DNA from: Myxococcales bacterium
Lineage (GTDB): Bacteria > Myxococcota_A > Bradymonadia > UBA7976 > UBA1532
Length of the DNA stretch: 64,000 bases
Assembly (NCBI GenBank): GCA_020633555.1
Contig: JACKDL010000007.1
Location: forward strand, 9,368 to 73,367
Reading direction: 5' to 3'
Shown one piece after another: positions 63,037-64,000 of this stretch. The notes under the pieces were generated by a model. That model made no database searches. It was given only the letters and a program-made list of their open reading frames with translations, and was not told the origin of the DNA. Each line of letters starts with the position of its first letter. Within the stretch, counting starts at the first letter, position 1. Made by a program: the position numbers and the translations under genes.

Positions 63037-63998
63037 CGTGCCTCCGGATCGGTGGTGGATGGGCGGCCCGGTGGGGCCAGCGCCAGGCCGCCCGCGTCCA
63101 CCTCGGCCAAGGCGAGCCCGCCGCCGGCGCCGACCTCGGTCGCACGGTGGCGCAAGACCGACACCGCGTGCTGCCACAGGCGGGACGCGCCCAGCCGGTG
63201 CTTCTCCGCCTGCAACGCCGGCAGGGCGCGGGTCGAGCCGAACTCGCCCAAGGCCGACGCGGCGTCCAGAGCGATGTGGCGGGCCGGGTGCTGCAGCAGC
63301 GCCAGCCAGACGGTCTCGGCGTCGGCCGGGGTCAGCGCGTGCAGGCGGTGCACCACCGCCTGGGCCGCCTCGACGGGCTCACGGGCCAGCGCCACGAGCT
63401 GGGCGGTCGGCAGCGCGACGCCCCACGCGGTCAGCAGCTCGAGCGCAGCGCCCTGCAGGGCGGGCGGTCCGGCGTCCAGCGCGGCCCGCAGCCGCGGCAC
63501 CCGTTCGGTCGTCGGCCACCGCTGGGCGAGGATGGGCAGCCCCCACTTCAGGACGTCGAGCGAGGCGTGGGGCAGGCCCGAGGTGGCCAGCGCGGTGTCC
63601 CCGACGCACAGGCCCATGGGCAGGGCGAAGGGGCTCTCGGGCCCCATGGCGGCGCGCAGCGCCCGCGTGGCCCGCGCGGTGGTCCCATCGCGGCGCCACC
63701 CCGTATGCAGGCTGTGCCAGGCCGCGAAGCCCACGCCGTCCGGTTCGGCCTCCACTCGCGCGAGCAGGCGCTCGGCCCTCGCCTCGGGGTCGTACCCCAG
63801 CGACGCGGCCAGGGGCACCAGGCCGGCGATCTTCGCCCACCCGACGCGGCCCCCGCGCTCAGGTAAGTGGCACAGATCCACCCGCACCCAGCCCCCATCG
63901 ATGTACAGCCCGACGCCCTGGGCGGCCCTGGCCAGTGCAGCCCGCGTCGGGGCGTCCCAGAGGCCCCGCCAGAGCGCCGGATCGCCGATCACGCCCAC
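63033..63998 (-). CDS. HEAT-repeat protein, paralogue of 61573..63036 (5' end outside the window)
   Basis: Shares WRGLWD, RVEAEPD and GGLALA motifs with the neighbour; GTGA overlap. Confidence 0.65.
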   Translation of the reverse strand: MGVIGDPALWRGLWDAPTRAALARAAQGVGLYIDGGWVRVDLCHLPERGGRVGWAKIAGLVPLAASLGYDPEARAERLLARVEAEPDGVGFAAWHSLHTGWRRDGTTARATRALRAAMGPESPFALPMGLCVGDTALATSGLPHASLDVLKWGLPILAQRWPTTERVPRLRAALDAGPPALQGAALELLTAWGVALPTAQLVALAREPVEAAQAVVHRLHALTPADAETVWLALLQHPARHIALDAASALGEFGSTRALPALQAEKHRLGASRLWQHAVSVLRHRATEVGAGGGLALAEVDAGGLALAPPGRPSTTDPEAR

Positions 63999-64000
63999 CG

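Overview
Very GC-rich bacterial chromosome segment. Gene content (Ser/Thr kinase, PilZ, PEGA/TPR, an AgmX/PglI-type C-terminal domain, many Cys-rich and Asp/Gly-rich lipoproteins) points to a Myxococcota-like organism; this is an inference. About 55 real genes can be picked out from the many GC-rich shadow ORFs. The core block at 16.8-24.2 kb is tRNA-Gln, prs, rplY, pth, hppA, an S6:S18 leader, rpsF, rpsR, rplI, dnaB. Around it are nucleotide-sugar genes, tandem HU genes and signalling genes. There is also a large set of predicted lipid-anchored hydrolases (isoamylase, ceramidase-like, endonuclease I, esterase) and cell-wall enzymes (NlpC/P60, L,D-transpeptidase); several of the hydrolases share an Asp-periodic linker. 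The best candidates for something undescribed are: (i) a MoxR/midasin-type AAA+ ATPase with five tandem N-terminal alpha/beta repeats, paired with a VWA protein; (ii) a ~170-190 nt intergenic rod-shaped hairpin directly after that pair; (iii) the shared Asp-periodic lipoprotein linker; (iv) a two-catalytic-domain NlpC/P60 protein; (v) tandem HEAT paralogues with a shared C-terminal motif. Two genes contain apparent +1 frameshifts, which may be assembly indels. I saw no CRISPR array, rRNA, integrase or transposase. All family calls come from motif recognition by eye; no database search was run. Start codons were adjusted by eye.
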